64,000 bases of DNA from an uncultured Armatimonadia bacterium. Its GTDB lineage: Bacteria > Armatimonadota > Zipacnadia > CAVVLO01. Location of the stretch: positions 1,184,001 through 1,248,000 of the forward strand of contig CAVVLO010000002.1 in NCBI GenBank assembly GCA_963749155.1, read 5' to 3'. A model generated the notes under the pieces. The model searched no databases, had not been told where the DNA came from, and was given only the letters and a program-made list of their open reading frames with translations. Position numbers and translations under genes: made by a program. This document shows, in pieces, positions 50,130 to 59,608 of the stretch. Each line of letters opens with the position of its first letter. Positions within the stretch are counted from its first letter, which is position 1.

Positions 50130-51042
50130 AATTCTCGGCTCCCACCGCGCGTATAAATACATCCTCCATTGTCTCGGCGACGGGCACTATCCAGTGCACG
50201 GTGACTCCTGCGCCAACGAGCGCTTTGACAGCTTCGGGAATCAACTCCTCTCCGGCCTCGAGTACAAGCTGGCCATCGCCTCCCTCTTGTATGACCAGAC
50301 TGGGGAGGAGTTTGCCTAAGGCTTCTCTTGCCACCTCGGGCTGACCAACTTTCAGCTTCACCTGAGGCTGTCGCATCGCCAGCAAGTCTGGGACTCTTCC
50401 CTCCAGCACTTTCTTGCCCTTGTTGATAACCACGATATGGGTGCAGAGTTGCTGTACCTCATGCAACATATGAGAAGAAATCAGCAAGGTTATGCCCTCT
50501 TCTTCCACCAGGCGCTTCAGAATATGCCGCATCTGCGCCATTCCCTGGGGATCAAGGCCATTGGTAGGCTCATCGAGGATTATCAATTTTGGCTTCGGAA
50601 GCATCGTCGAGGCCAGCGCAAGTCGCTGTTTCATCCCGTGAGAGAAATTCCCGACCCGATCTCCGGCCCTGTCGGCAAGCCCGACCAGCTCCAGAGCCTG
50701 CTCGATTTCCTCTTTCGATGCGCCCCCTGAGAGTCTTGCCAGCAAACGCAGGTTCTCCCAGGCGGAGAGATACTCAAAAAAGGCTGGAGTCTCCACAAGT
50801 GCCCCCACCTGGGCAAGCGCCTCGCAGCGATTTTCCCAGACATCGACTCCCCACAGCTTAACCGTGCCCTCTGTAGGTCTGAGCAAGCCCACTGCTGCGC
50901 GCAAAGTGGTGCTCTTGCCCGCTCCATTTGGCCCGAGGAAGCCGACTATCTGCCCCTCTTCAACCTGCATATCCAGCGCTTCGACAGCCTGTTGCTTGCC
51001 GTAGCTCTTAGAAAGCGCGCTTACCTCAAAAGGGATGCTCAA
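50107..51042 (-). CDS. ABC transporter ATP-binding protein (BcrA-like)
   Basis: GPNGAGKST, FSHGMKQR, LDEPTNGLDP. Confidence 0.95.
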   Translation of the reverse strand: MSIPFEVSALSKSYGKQQAVEALDMQVEEGQIVGFLGPNGAGKSTTLRAAVGLLRPTEGTVKLWGVDVWENRCEALAQVGALVETPAFFEYLSAWENLRLLARLSGGASKEEIEQALELVGLADRAGDRVGNFSHGMKQRLALASTMLPKPKLIILDEPTNGLDPQGMAQMRHILKRLVEEEGITLLISSHMLHEVQQLCTHIVVINKGKKVLEGRVPDLLAMRQPQVKLKVGQPEVAREALGKLLPSLVIQEGGDGQLVLEAGEELIPEAVKALVGAGVTVHWIVPVAETMEDVFIRAVGAENYDELARS

Positions 51043-51056
51043 GGTTCTCCCCCAAG

Positions 51057-51086
51057 AAAAAAGCCGTCACCCAAGTGACGGCCTTT
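51057..51086 (-). terminator. Terminator after the response regulator
   Basis: GCCGTCAC-CCAA-GTGACGGC with a T-run on the minus strand. Confidence 0.8.
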
Positions 51087-51110
51087 CCTGTACAAAGGTT
51101 TCATTTCTGG

Positions 51111-51803
51111 TTATCCAACTGCCAATTTGTACCCGACCCCGGGGATAGTGATGATATAGGTTGGGTGGTTTGGGTCCGGCTCGATTTTCGTGCGCAGACG
51201 CTGGATATGTACGCTCAGAGTCCGGCTCGCTGAATTATCCGAGCCCCACACCTTCCGAAGCAGGCTCTCCCGCGCTACGACGCCCCCTGCATCCTCGGCC
51301 AAAGCGCGCAGCAGCTCGAATTCCTTCGGCGTCAGGTCGACAACTTCGCCCTTGAGCTGCACCTCGTGGCGCGCCGGATCTACAATTACTTCGCCCGCCT
51401 CGATTTTTTGCGTGCTGACAGGTTGCTTGCTGTATTCGTGGACCCGCCTAAGCAGCGACTTGATGCGCGCAATCAACTCGCGCAGGTGGAAGGGCTTGCA
51501 CAGATAATCGTCCGCGCCCAGCTCGAGTCCCAGTATCCTGTCGAACTCGTCTTTTGCCTCGCCCGTCATAATGAGGATGGGGATTGTGCTGTTTGTGCGT
51601 ACCCGTTTACACACTTCCATCCCGTCGATATCGGGCAGTGCAACATCCAGTACCACCAGGTCGGGACGGTACTCCTCGATTTTCTTAAGCGCTTCCAGTC
51701 CATTTTCGGCCGTTATAACGGTGTAATGCTGCTGGTGCAGAATAGTCTCAATGGTCTGCAAGGTGCGCTTCTGATCATCTACAACAAGCACGGTATAAGG
51801 CAT
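51111..51803 (-). CDS. OmpR/PhoB-family response regulator (orphan)
   Basis: VVDD, VVLDVALP, GADDYLCKPF, LTPKEFELL, IPGVGY. Confidence 0.95.
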   Translation of the reverse strand: MPYTVLVVDDQKRTLQTIETILHQQHYTVITAENGLEALKKIEEYRPDLVVLDVALPDIDGMEVCKRVRTNSTIPILIMTGEAKDEFDRILGLELGADDYLCKPFHLRELIARIKSLLRRVHEYSKQPVSTQKIEAGEVIVDPARHEVQLKGEVVDLTPKEFELLRALAEDAGGVVARESLLRKVWGSDNSASRTLSVHIQRLRTKIEPDPNHPTYIITIPGVGYKLAVG

Positions 51804-51881
51804 CCTGGCTTCCTCCTGTAAGGCCGTAGTTGCAACGCAGGCCACGGCCTCATTAAATGATTCTAAGGCCAAGTTTCAGGT

Positions 51882-51939
51882 ATGGTATCACACATGTCGC
51901 TTGGTGTAAACAGCCCAGCCAAACTTAAGAAAAACTTAA
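51882..51939 (-). promoter_or_regulatory. Promoter plus 11-bp-spaced direct repeat upstream of the regulator
   Basis: TTTACA-N17-TACCAT preceded by TTAAGTTT-N3-TTAAGTTT (minus strand). Confidence 0.55.
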
Positions 51940-52140
51940 TATATAAGCCTTTACATCCCTCTCTTGCGTCACCACAAAACACCCAGGTGAATCCGGACGC
52001 AGAAAATGTTAGAATCTCCCCGCTCCTGTGCCGGCCTTTGGCGCAGCGACTTGTTCTTCAGGAGGCTCCACCCTAGTATGAAAAAAGTTACGAAAATTCG
52101 CGCGCGGCGCGCCCAGGCTGGCGTCCTTGATCTTTCCAAA

Positions 52141-52929
52141 ATGCGCAAGCTTGTGAAGCTTACCTTGTTCTTTACTCTTTTGGCGATGGCTTCCACTGCC
52201 GTACTTGCCATCTGGGCAATCTACCAGGGTACTGCCGGTGTGCGCACCGAGAGCACTGCGCTCCTGCCCCTCAAGCATGCGCTAGGTTTATTGCCCTTTC
52301 TCTGTGCCATCCCGGGTGTCATCCTGTCTATCCTTGCGATGCGTCAGGAAGGCGGCGGCGAAAAAGGCAACAAGCTCTGGACTGTCTCTTTCGTCTTGCT
52401 AGCCGTCTGCCTGTCCTATCTTATGTTCTTCCCCGTCGGCTATCTGCACTTCAGGCTCTGGTCAAGTGTTGGCCCTGTCACGGTTTTCGAGCAGATCGCC
52501 TCTCCCAGGGGTGACTCGCGCCTCGTGGTCTATGATGTGCCCAGGTTCAAAGGGCCAGTCCGCGAGCTTTGGTTCGAAAACGACGCGCAATCGGAAAAGC
52601 GTTATCTGGTGGATGTCGCCAACCGCACCCCAATGCCCCAGGAGATAACCTGGGGAGAGGGCGAGAAGACCGTTGTAATCCAGTATCACGGGCGTAAGAA
52701 GTTTGAAGTAGACCTCGTCACAGGTAAAGAGCTTAACGGCAAGACACTCCCCTACGATCCTGATGCCGAAGCCCTGGAACAGTTCCGCAAGAAGGTCCAT
52801 GACGAGCAGCCGGAGGAGGGCAAGGCTCCCGCAGGCAACCAGCCTGCCACTCCACCAGCGCCTGAGCAACCAGCGCAGCCGGTGACGCCGGCTGAGCCTG
52901 CTTCAGAGGCTCCACCCAGTCCAGGCTAG
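52141..52929 (+). CDS. Hypothetical membrane protein with Pro-rich C-terminus
   Basis: Three TM segments, a soluble domain, and a PA/PE-rich tail. Confidence 0.7.
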   Translation: MRKLVKLTLFFTLLAMASTAVLAIWAIYQGTAGVRTESTALLPLKHALGLLPFLCAIPGVILSILAMRQEGGGEKGNKLWTVSFVLLAVCLSYLMFFPVGYLHFRLWSSVGPVTVFEQIASPRGDSRLVVYDVPRFKGPVRELWFENDAQSEKRYLVDVANRTPMPQEITWGEGEKTVVIQYHGRKKFEVDLVTGKELNGKTLPYDPDAEALEQFRKKVHDEQPEEGKAPAGNQPATPPAPEQPAQPVTPAEPASEAPPSPG

Positions 52930-53819
52930 GCCGGCTGAGGAAAGGCCTTGGCAATATACGCGGCCAGTCGCTCTGGGTCGTCTTCCTGTTGCTGGGCCAG
53001 CCAGGCCAGCAGGTCTTCGACCTGAGGTTCGGCTAGCTCGTCCAGCTTGCTGACGCCGAAACGTAGCTCCAGCAGTCTTGCCAGTTCTGGTCCCTTGTAA
53101 CCCTGGCTCGCAAGCAACTCGGCCAGGTCAGCCACCTGTTCCGGTTCAGCCGGGGCCTCGGGTGCTTCTTCAGCCGGAGAGATAAGCTGTTTCAGTGCCA
53201 ACTCGAAATCGCCCGCATAGCGCAGCCGCAATATGTGAAAGGTATACCGGTTGGCCCCTATGCTGGTTTTACGAGGTTCGCGATACAGCTCCAGGGGTAT
53301 CCCTTTCAGCTTGCCGGCGATTTCCTTGATATGGGCCAGGTCTGCCAGCAGTGCTTTGATTGACTGCACCGAGCTGACATCCACTGCATAACATTCGGTG
53401 CTTCGAGTTGCCGGCAGCACCACATGCAGCCGCCCATAGGGCTTGCAAAGCCCCTTCTGATAGTGAGGACATTCTTTGTAGCCGCATTGGGTTTTCTGCC
53501 AGGTTTTATGCTCTGCGTCCCATATTTTGGCTGTCTGCCCATCGCCCCGGCACACAACCCCCGCTGCAGGCTCATACTTGCGCAGATAGTGGGGAAATAT
53601 CGTGTCGAGGTCATCAGCTGGAAGCAGGACCTCAAGTTCCTTTGGCTGCGCGCCGTAGGGCTTGCCATCCTTCAGTCCGAGCGCCCTCTGTACTTCCTCA
53701 GGCACCAGGAAGTAATCCACGCGAAGTGGCCTGCCTGTCTTCTCGTCCTTGCTGCCCAGCTTGATGCGCCCCGCCAGTGGCAGTTGTTGTTTCGCTCCTG
53801 TCAGCCCGATTATCGGCAT
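52926..53819 (-). CDS. Phage Gp3/recombination-directionality-factor-like protein
   Basis: GRIKLG..K...GRP..DYF, VCRGDG, C-x4-C-x7-CKP..RL...LP and GIPL motifs, recalled from the Gp3-like family; not verified by search. Confidence 0.65.
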   Translation of the reverse strand: MPIIGLTGAKQQLPLAGRIKLGSKDEKTGRPLRVDYFLVPEEVQRALGLKDGKPYGAQPKELEVLLPADDLDTIFPHYLRKYEPAAGVVCRGDGQTAKIWDAEHKTWQKTQCGYKECPHYQKGLCKPYGRLHVVLPATRSTECYAVDVSSVQSIKALLADLAHIKEIAGKLKGIPLELYREPRKTSIGANRYTFHILRLRYAGDFELALKQLISPAEEAPEAPAEPEQVADLAELLASQGYKGPELARLLELRFGVSKLDELAEPQVEDLLAWLAQQQEDDPERLAAYIAKAFPQPA

Positions 53820-53855
53820 CCTTGCCCTCCCCTAAAGCTTCTTTGGAAGGGACTA

Positions 53856-53871
53856 TGCAAGAACCGTGCCA
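53856..53871 (-). promoter_or_regulatory. Sigma54 (-24/-12) promoter upstream of the Gp3-like gene
   Basis: Minus strand TGGCAC-GGTTC-TTGCA. Confidence 0.7.
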
Positions 53872-53942
53872 ACTCCGCCGGAAGGAAGCCTTGCAACGAT
53901 GCCGAAGCTTCCACCAAGACCAAGACGTGGAGGAGAAGCGCA

Positions 53943-54335
53943 ATGAGGACCTATCCTGCTCTGCGCACCATCGCCGTTGTCTTCAAAGTCATCGCCTGGA
54001 TCGCCCTGGTGGGTGGCGCTCTGGCCCTGATTGGCGGTATCGTGATGGCCTTCGCTGGCGAGATGCAGGCCTTATCTATGGCCTTCGCCGGGCCACTTAT
54101 CGGCTTGTTGTATTTCGTGATGTTCTATGCCAGCGCAGAGATGATTTATGTGCTGATAGACATTGCGGACAACACCCGCAAGACCGCTGAAGCTGTCGCT
54201 GCGTTGCAGTTCAGGGGAGGAGCCGCCGCCCCACAGGCCCCACCCCAGCCGCCTGTACCACCTCAGCCGCCAGTGCCACCGAGGCCAGATGCCACGCCGC
54301 CAGCCCCGCCAGCTCCGCCAGGCGCTGAGGCCTAG
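53943..54335 (+). CDS. Small membrane protein (DUF4282-like) with Pro-rich tail
   Basis: Two TM helices, EMIYVLIDIADNT motif, PQPPVP repeats; GGAGGAG RBS. Confidence 0.75.
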   Translation: MRTYPALRTIAVVFKVIAWIALVGGALALIGGIVMAFAGEMQALSMAFAGPLIGLLYFVMFYASAEMIYVLIDIADNTRKTAEAVAALQFRGGAAAPQAPPQPPVPPQPPVPPRPDATPPAPPAPPGAEA

Positions 54336-54362
54336 ACAGTTTTTTTATAGGAAGGGATTTTC

Positions 54363-56174
54363 TTGCTGCGTTTGCTGCTAACCGCTGCTGTGATTCTAGT
54401 TGTCTGCATCGTTGCCTTTGCCCAGCCCTCACCTGAGGCCCTCATCACAGCCCTTGAAACCAGGCTGCCAGGCCTTACAGTAATCGAACTCCCTGCCTCT
54501 GGTCAGGTGACCCTTGCTGCTGACCAGAGTCTGACTGTCGATGCTCTGCGCGGCGTGAAGCTCGATGACACCCCGCCCGTCCTCGGCCCGCTGCCCGAGC
54601 CTTACGAAGCCCATCTGACCGATGATTTCTCGCCTGGCCAGGCGCCTTACTGGGCCCAGGGCATCGAGCCCTTCCGCTTCGACCGCTTCACTGTGGAGTT
54701 CTGCTATGGCGGCTGGCACAATCTGCAGATGATAGACTACGCCTCTACCCATGGCTTCAGCGTGGTCTTCCACTACGTGATGCCTGACCAGTCTCACCTG
54801 CCCGAAGGCACGAAGCTCCTCTCCTGGGGCGACTTCGTCCACTGGAACGACTATTTCTCCGAGCATAACCTGCCCTGGGAGCATTGGAACGAGCTTGCCG
54901 ACCGCGATGTGGTTGACGACCTCGTGCCAAAGGCCTGGGGATACGACCCTCGCGCCATCGCGATGATTGACCTGGAGCACGGAGGCGCTCTCTCGCCGGA
55001 CGACTTGCGCGCCCAGTCCTGGTATCCGGCCTCCGGAACGACCGAAGAGCAGGCCGATTTCGAGCAAAAATACTACGAGGGCTACCTCAAGACCTTCACC
55101 GGGCCCCTCGAGGCCCTCAAACAGACAGGCTGGACCAGTGTGGGCATCTACCCGCAGCCTTATGGCTCAGGTTTCTTCAACCTGCTGGGGCGGCACGAGC
55201 GCGGCGAGAGCGGCCTGCCCGATCCTGAAACCTACTGGCCCTGGCAACGCTACGGTAAAGCTTTGGCAGAAGCCGAGGATGTAGCTTATCCCGATGTCTA
55301 TATGTATTACTGGACGCCCCAGAACGTCGCCTACGCCCTCGCGCGCCTCGACTTCGACCAGACACTGCTGAAGAGCCTGCCCGAGCCTACTCCCATCAGG
55401 CCCTATTACTGGCCACTGCTCCACGGAGGCGACGCCGAGCCTCATTGGTGGGCCCAGCAACCTCTCGCCAACGAGGATATGCGCGCGCTGGCTTTCCTGA
55501 CTTTCTTCGCCGGTACGGACGGGCTCGTAATCTGGAACTGGTCCGGCCTGGGCAACCACCAGGCGCCCCCGCCGCTCTGGTCAGAGGGCGCTTCGACCTG
55601 CGGGGGAGACGTTGCCGTAGAAGGCGGTATCGGCGCCAACGCTATGGTGGGCGAGGACTTCGAGCTGCGTCCCGAAGGCGCCGGCGAGGACACTCCGCCC
55701 ACCCGAATCCGCCGCTATGACGTACTGACTATTGCCAGCATGGACGAGGCTACTGGCCAGGCGCGCTTCCAGCATATCAAGACGAACGAGCCCCAGCCTG
55801 ATGTCCGGCTCGATCCCGCCAGGCCCTATTATGTGATGAACAAAGACGAGTTGATATCACATCTCCGCGCGCCTGCCGAAGCTGTTTCGGGCGCTGTCGA
55901 GGGTCTCGCGCTGGCCAAGGCCTTCGAAGAGTTGCTGAGGTTTGGGGAGCCGAAGGTGGATGTCCCTGCCCTTGAACAATTCGCCCGGACGCTGCCAGTA
56001 GTCCGTCGCGTCCAGCTTGGCGACTACAATCTGATCGCCACCTATGATCCCAAGGCTCTCCAGCATGAGGAGCGGCGGACAATCGAACTAACCGATTTCG
56101 CGGGACAGTCCGGCCTTACTCTGGTATTGCCTGCCGATGACCAGGTAAGAGCCTTCCTGGTGAAGACCAACTAG
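54363..56174 (+). CDS. Hypothetical secreted protein (possible GH-like)
   Basis: 603-aa ORF, signal peptide, aromatic-rich, MIDLE motif. Confidence 0.7.
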   Translation: MLRLLLTAAVILVVCIVAFAQPSPEALITALETRLPGLTVIELPASGQVTLAADQSLTVDALRGVKLDDTPPVLGPLPEPYEAHLTDDFSPGQAPYWAQGIEPFRFDRFTVEFCYGGWHNLQMIDYASTHGFSVVFHYVMPDQSHLPEGTKLLSWGDFVHWNDYFSEHNLPWEHWNELADRDVVDDLVPKAWGYDPRAIAMIDLEHGGALSPDDLRAQSWYPASGTTEEQADFEQKYYEGYLKTFTGPLEALKQTGWTSVGIYPQPYGSGFFNLLGRHERGESGLPDPETYWPWQRYGKALAEAEDVAYPDVYMYYWTPQNVAYALARLDFDQTLLKSLPEPTPIRPYYWPLLHGGDAEPHWWAQQPLANEDMRALAFLTFFAGTDGLVIWNWSGLGNHQAPPPLWSEGASTCGGDVAVEGGIGANAMVGEDFELRPEGAGEDTPPTRIRRYDVLTIASMDEATGQARFQHIKTNEPQPDVRLDPARPYYVMNKDELISHLRAPAEAVSGAVEGLALAKAFEELLRFGEPKVDVPALEQFARTLPVVRRVQLGDYNLIATYDPKALQHEERRTIELTDFAGQSGLTLVLPADDQVRAFLVKTN

Positions 56175-56194
56175 AAGAGTCTTTCTGCCAGCAT

Positions 56195-56226
56195 AAAAAA
56201 ACCCGGCCATCGCGGCCGGGTTTTTT
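56195..56226. terminator. Bidirectional rho-independent terminator
   Basis: A7-CCCGGCC-ATCGC-GGCCGGG-T6. Confidence 0.9.
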
Positions 56227-56246
56227 ACTGGGTAAAATTAGCTTTT

Positions 56247-57104
56247 CTAATATTCTGCGGGTAATTTTACGAGCTGCTCCATCGTGAACACAGGCCCATC
56301 GAAACAAACATAGAGATGACCGATATTGCATCGCCCGCATTTGCCCATCCCGCACTTCATGCGCATCTCAAGCGTCGTGACGATCTGGTCGTCTTTGAAT
56401 CCCAGCTCTCTCAGCGCCTGCAGCACGAACTTTATCATTATCGGAGGGCCGCAAGTGAAAGCTACACAATCGCGCGGCGAGGGCGCAAGCTCGGTAACAT
56501 AGGACGGGACGAAGCCGACATGGCCATCCCAGCCTTCCTGCTCCCGATCGATGGTCAGACGCACATCGCACTTCTCAGCCCACTCTTCGAACTCGTACTT
56601 GTAGACCAGGTCGTCCTTGCTGCGCGCCCCGTTGATGACGGTGATCTTGCCGTAATCCTCTTTATGGTCCATCACATACAGCAGCAGCGAACGTAGCGGC
56701 GCCATACCGATACCGCCACCGATAATCAGCAAGTCCTTGCCCTTGATGCCTTCATCCACTGGGAAGTTGTTGCCATAAGGCCCGCGCACGCCAATCTTCT
56801 CGCCCGCCTCGAGCTGATGCAGCGCCGAGGTGTTCTTCCCGGTGCGCTTCACGCTGAACTCGAGATGATCAGTCCGGGTTGGCGAATACGAAACTCCAAA
56901 AGTCGACTCGCCCACGCCCAGCACCGAGACCTCAAGGAACTGGCCCGGCATATAGGTGAATTTCTCCTGCACCTCGGGGTCGTCGAAGACCACGCAGTAA
57001 GTCTTCACGTCAGGAGTCTCGTCCCGAATCTCCTGGATAGTCGCGATAAACGGCACCAGGGGGTGACGCGGCAGCGCGCCCTCTTTCATCGCCTGCTCAG
57101 TCAA
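56247..57104 (-). CDS. flxA: FlxA/AsrB-like FAD/NAD(P)-binding oxidoreductase
   Basis: RGPYGN, GGGIGMAP, CGPPIM, CGMGKCGRC. Confidence 0.85.
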   Translation of the reverse strand: MTEQAMKEGALPRHPLVPFIATIQEIRDETPDVKTYCVVFDDPEVQEKFTYMPGQFLEVSVLGVGESTFGVSYSPTRTDHLEFSVKRTGKNTSALHQLEAGEKIGVRGPYGNNFPVDEGIKGKDLLIIGGGIGMAPLRSLLLYVMDHKEDYGKITVINGARSKDDLVYKYEFEEWAEKCDVRLTIDREQEGWDGHVGFVPSYVTELAPSPRDCVAFTCGPPIMIKFVLQALRELGFKDDQIVTTLEMRMKCGMGKCGRCNIGHLYVCFDGPVFTMEQLVKLPAEY

Positions 57105-58152
57105 CTTGGGCCTCCTCCAGGCTCCGCGCCTTCACTTTGTTTATGATCTCGCGGATGTCGATATTCACCGGGCAATACCGCACGCAGCGCCCGCACCCGA
57201 CACAAGCGGTCACATCGAGCCTGTCAACGAAATATTTGAACTTGTGCATCACCCGCTGCCGCACGCGCTCGGTGCGCGAAGGCCTCGGGTTGTGTCCGCT
57301 GGTCTCCAGCGTGAAATGCGGGAACTGGCAGGTATCCCAGGTGCGATAACGCACTCCCTGCTGCTCGGTCCCATCATCTTCAATATCGAAACAATGACAG
57401 GTGGGACAGAGATAGGTGCAGATGCCGCATCCCAGGCAGCTCTCGGCGATTTCGTCCCAGCAGTCATCATCGAACAGCTTGTCCAGCTTGTCGTGGACTG
57501 CATGCCCTTCGACATCTACGGCCACCTGCTGTTTCTCGATTACGCCTGCCACGTAGGCATCGCGCGCCGCCTTGTCTTCGGCTGAAGCCGCTTCGAACAG
57601 TGCCTTATGCCTGCCGAGGAACTCCTCACCTGGTTCGGTCTTGGCTTCCACGTAGTAGGCATCGCCCAGGTCGGTGAACAGCACGTCCATCCCGCGCGGG
57701 TTGCTCATCACCTGCTGCACCGACTCGCAGAAGCACCCAAGCTGCGGGCAGTTCTCCCACACGGCGATAATCAACGTGTTGTCGCGTCGCGCGGCATAAA
57801 GCGAGTCCTCAAAAGTCTCGCGATATACCGGGTCTATCATCCGATTGGCCGCGACATCGCATGGCCTCGCGCCAAACAGCACCTTGGGCTCTACGGGCAG
57901 CGGAGGCTGCTCGATAGTGTATTCCTTGCCCTCTTTCTTGAACTTGAACAGCAAGTCAGTCTGCGGCAGGAAGACTTCCTTCGGCGGTTTGTTGGTATTG
58001 CCCAGCTCTGTTGCAACCTGAGAGGCCTGCTCAATCTCGCGGAAGCGATACACTCCCTCGTCCAGTTTCACCGGCGCGATGAGCTTCGCCTCGCTCATCA
58101 CCGCTTCGAGCAGTTCTCCCAGCTTCACCTTACTCAGCTTTAGCGCGTCCAT
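57097..58152 (-). CDS. flxB: FlxB/AsrA-like 4Fe-4S dicluster protein
   Basis: RPCD, CLGCGICTYLCPTCHCF, CVGCGRCVRYCP. Confidence 0.85.
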   Translation of the reverse strand: MDALKLSKVKLGELLEAVMSEAKLIAPVKLDEGVYRFREIEQASQVATELGNTNKPPKEVFLPQTDLLFKFKKEGKEYTIEQPPLPVEPKVLFGARPCDVAANRMIDPVYRETFEDSLYAARRDNTLIIAVWENCPQLGCFCESVQQVMSNPRGMDVLFTDLGDAYYVEAKTEPGEEFLGRHKALFEAASAEDKAARDAYVAGVIEKQQVAVDVEGHAVHDKLDKLFDDDCWDEIAESCLGCGICTYLCPTCHCFDIEDDGTEQQGVRYRTWDTCQFPHFTLETSGHNPRPSRTERVRQRVMHKFKYFVDRLDVTACVGCGRCVRYCPVNIDIREIINKVKARSLEEAQVD

Positions 58153-58169
58153 TCATCCAACCTCTTGCC

Positions 58170-59144
58170 CTAATGGCCCTCATGCTCGGCCGGGTCATAA
58201 TCTTCAACACGGAAGGTCGACAGTGGCACTGGCTCTTCAATTGACTTGCCAGCATACCAGTCGTATAGATCGAAAACTTCTTTTTCGAGTTTCTTGTTGA
58301 GCTCGCGCAGCTTTATATTCTGCGGGCAGGCCCGTTCGCATTCGCCGCAGTCAACGCAACGGCCGGCCAGATGGAAGGCCCTGATGAGCAACATCATCTG
58401 GTTTTCAGGCAGCTCATTGCGCAGCGGCACCCAACTCGGGTCGCGCTGGTCGAAGATGCAACTGCGACAGAAACAGGCGGGACAGGCATTGCGGCAGGCA
58501 TAACACCTGATGCACCGGTCGAAATAGCTGTTGAACCGAGAGAGGCGCTCCGCAAGTGTCTGCCCTTCCAGCGCCTCGGTCTCGACAAATTCCGGCTTGC
58601 CATCCGGTACCGGCTCGCCAAATACCTCATCACAGAACTGCGGATTATGCTGATAGCACGCAAGGCACCGATCCGCCAGCACATCGGCCACTTTCACAGT
58701 CTTGGCCTCTCCGCCCACAAGCGTTGCCTTCACATTCTCGCCGGCGAACAGAATCTCGGCAACATCTTCTTCCGCGACGCCCAGCTTCTTCGTCAACTTC
58801 GCGATATCCACGACACCGCCGCAGTTCACGCCGATGATGAAGAGCCTGTCCTTGGGAAGCTGCTCCTGTTGCAGCAGCACAGCCACCGAGCGCGCATCGC
58901 ACCCTTTCACGATGATGCCAATGCGTTCTTTGGTGTCACGATAATAATTCAGGAAGTCGGCCAGATTATGCACCGACAGCGGAGAGACAACGAGTTGCTC
59001 AGCTTCCTCCGGTGTCCGCGCGAAGAAGGGCCGCGAACGCGTCGGCACCGAGCCGGGCGCCCAGCCGATGACAAGGTCTACCTTCTCCTCGGCGAGCAGT
59101 TGCTTCGCCAGTTCTTGTACCTGTTTTTCAATCTCTGCGTTCAT
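58170..59144 (-). CDS. flxC: FlxC-like Fe-S protein (FrhB-like + 4Fe-4S)
   Basis: KGCD, CIRCYACRNACPACFC, HLAGRCVDCGECERACP. Confidence 0.85.
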   Translation of the reverse strand: MNAEIEKQVQELAKQLLAEEKVDLVIGWAPGSVPTRSRPFFARTPEEAEQLVVSPLSVHNLADFLNYYRDTKERIGIIVKGCDARSVAVLLQQEQLPKDRLFIIGVNCGGVVDIAKLTKKLGVAEEDVAEILFAGENVKATLVGGEAKTVKVADVLADRCLACYQHNPQFCDEVFGEPVPDGKPEFVETEALEGQTLAERLSRFNSYFDRCIRCYACRNACPACFCRSCIFDQRDPSWVPLRNELPENQMMLLIRAFHLAGRCVDCGECERACPQNIKLRELNKKLEKEVFDLYDWYAGKSIEEPVPLSTFRVEDYDPAEHEGH

Positions 59145-59146
59145 TA

Positions 59147-59608
59147 TTAGTCCTGGGATTGCGCGGGATTACGGGGCCCGAGCTCCGTCAAATCGGTCAC
59201 AAATTCTTGGGCTACCTGGGCGAACTTGTCACCCTCGGCCGCCGAGATCCACTCGAAGCGGAATCGCTCTGGCGCGACGCCTACAAACTCCAGCAGCTTG
59301 CCAAGCAAGGTCATCCGACGCCGAGTATGGTAGTTACCGCTGCTGTAATGACAGTCGCCAGGATGACAACCTGCCACCATCACGCCATCAGCGCCGCGCT
59401 CAAAGGCTTTGAGTACCATCTCCACGTCCACGCGGGCTGAACAAGGCACTCTCAACAGGCGGATCTCGGGTGGATATTTACGCCTGTTCGAGCCGGCCAA
59501 ATCGGCGCCGGCATAAGTGCACCAGTTGCACGCAAAGCACACCAGCTTCGGCGTCCACTCTTTGCCCTCTTCGGGTTTTTTGGCCAGCGTCTCACTTATC
59601 AGAGGCAC
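59147..59608 (-). CDS. mvhD: MvhD/FlxD iron-sulfur subunit
   Basis: CNWCTYAGADLAG, VPCSAR, GCHPGDCHY, WISAAEG. Confidence 0.92.
   Translation of the reverse strand: MPLISETLAKKPEEGKEWTPKLVCFACNWCTYAGADLAGSNRRKYPPEIRLLRVPCSARVDVEMVLKAFERGADGVMVAGCHPGDCHYSSGNYHTRRRMTLLGKLLEFVGVAPERFRFEWISAAEGDKFAQVAQEFVTDLTELGPRNPAQSQD

Noticed and set aside
53424..53942. N-terminal extension of the 53424..54335 ORF
   Set aside because: It overlaps the Gp3-like gene on the opposite strand; the RBS supports a start at 53943.
54235..54325. DNA tandem repeat
   Set aside because: Degenerate codon-level repeat encoding a PQPPVP low-complexity tail.
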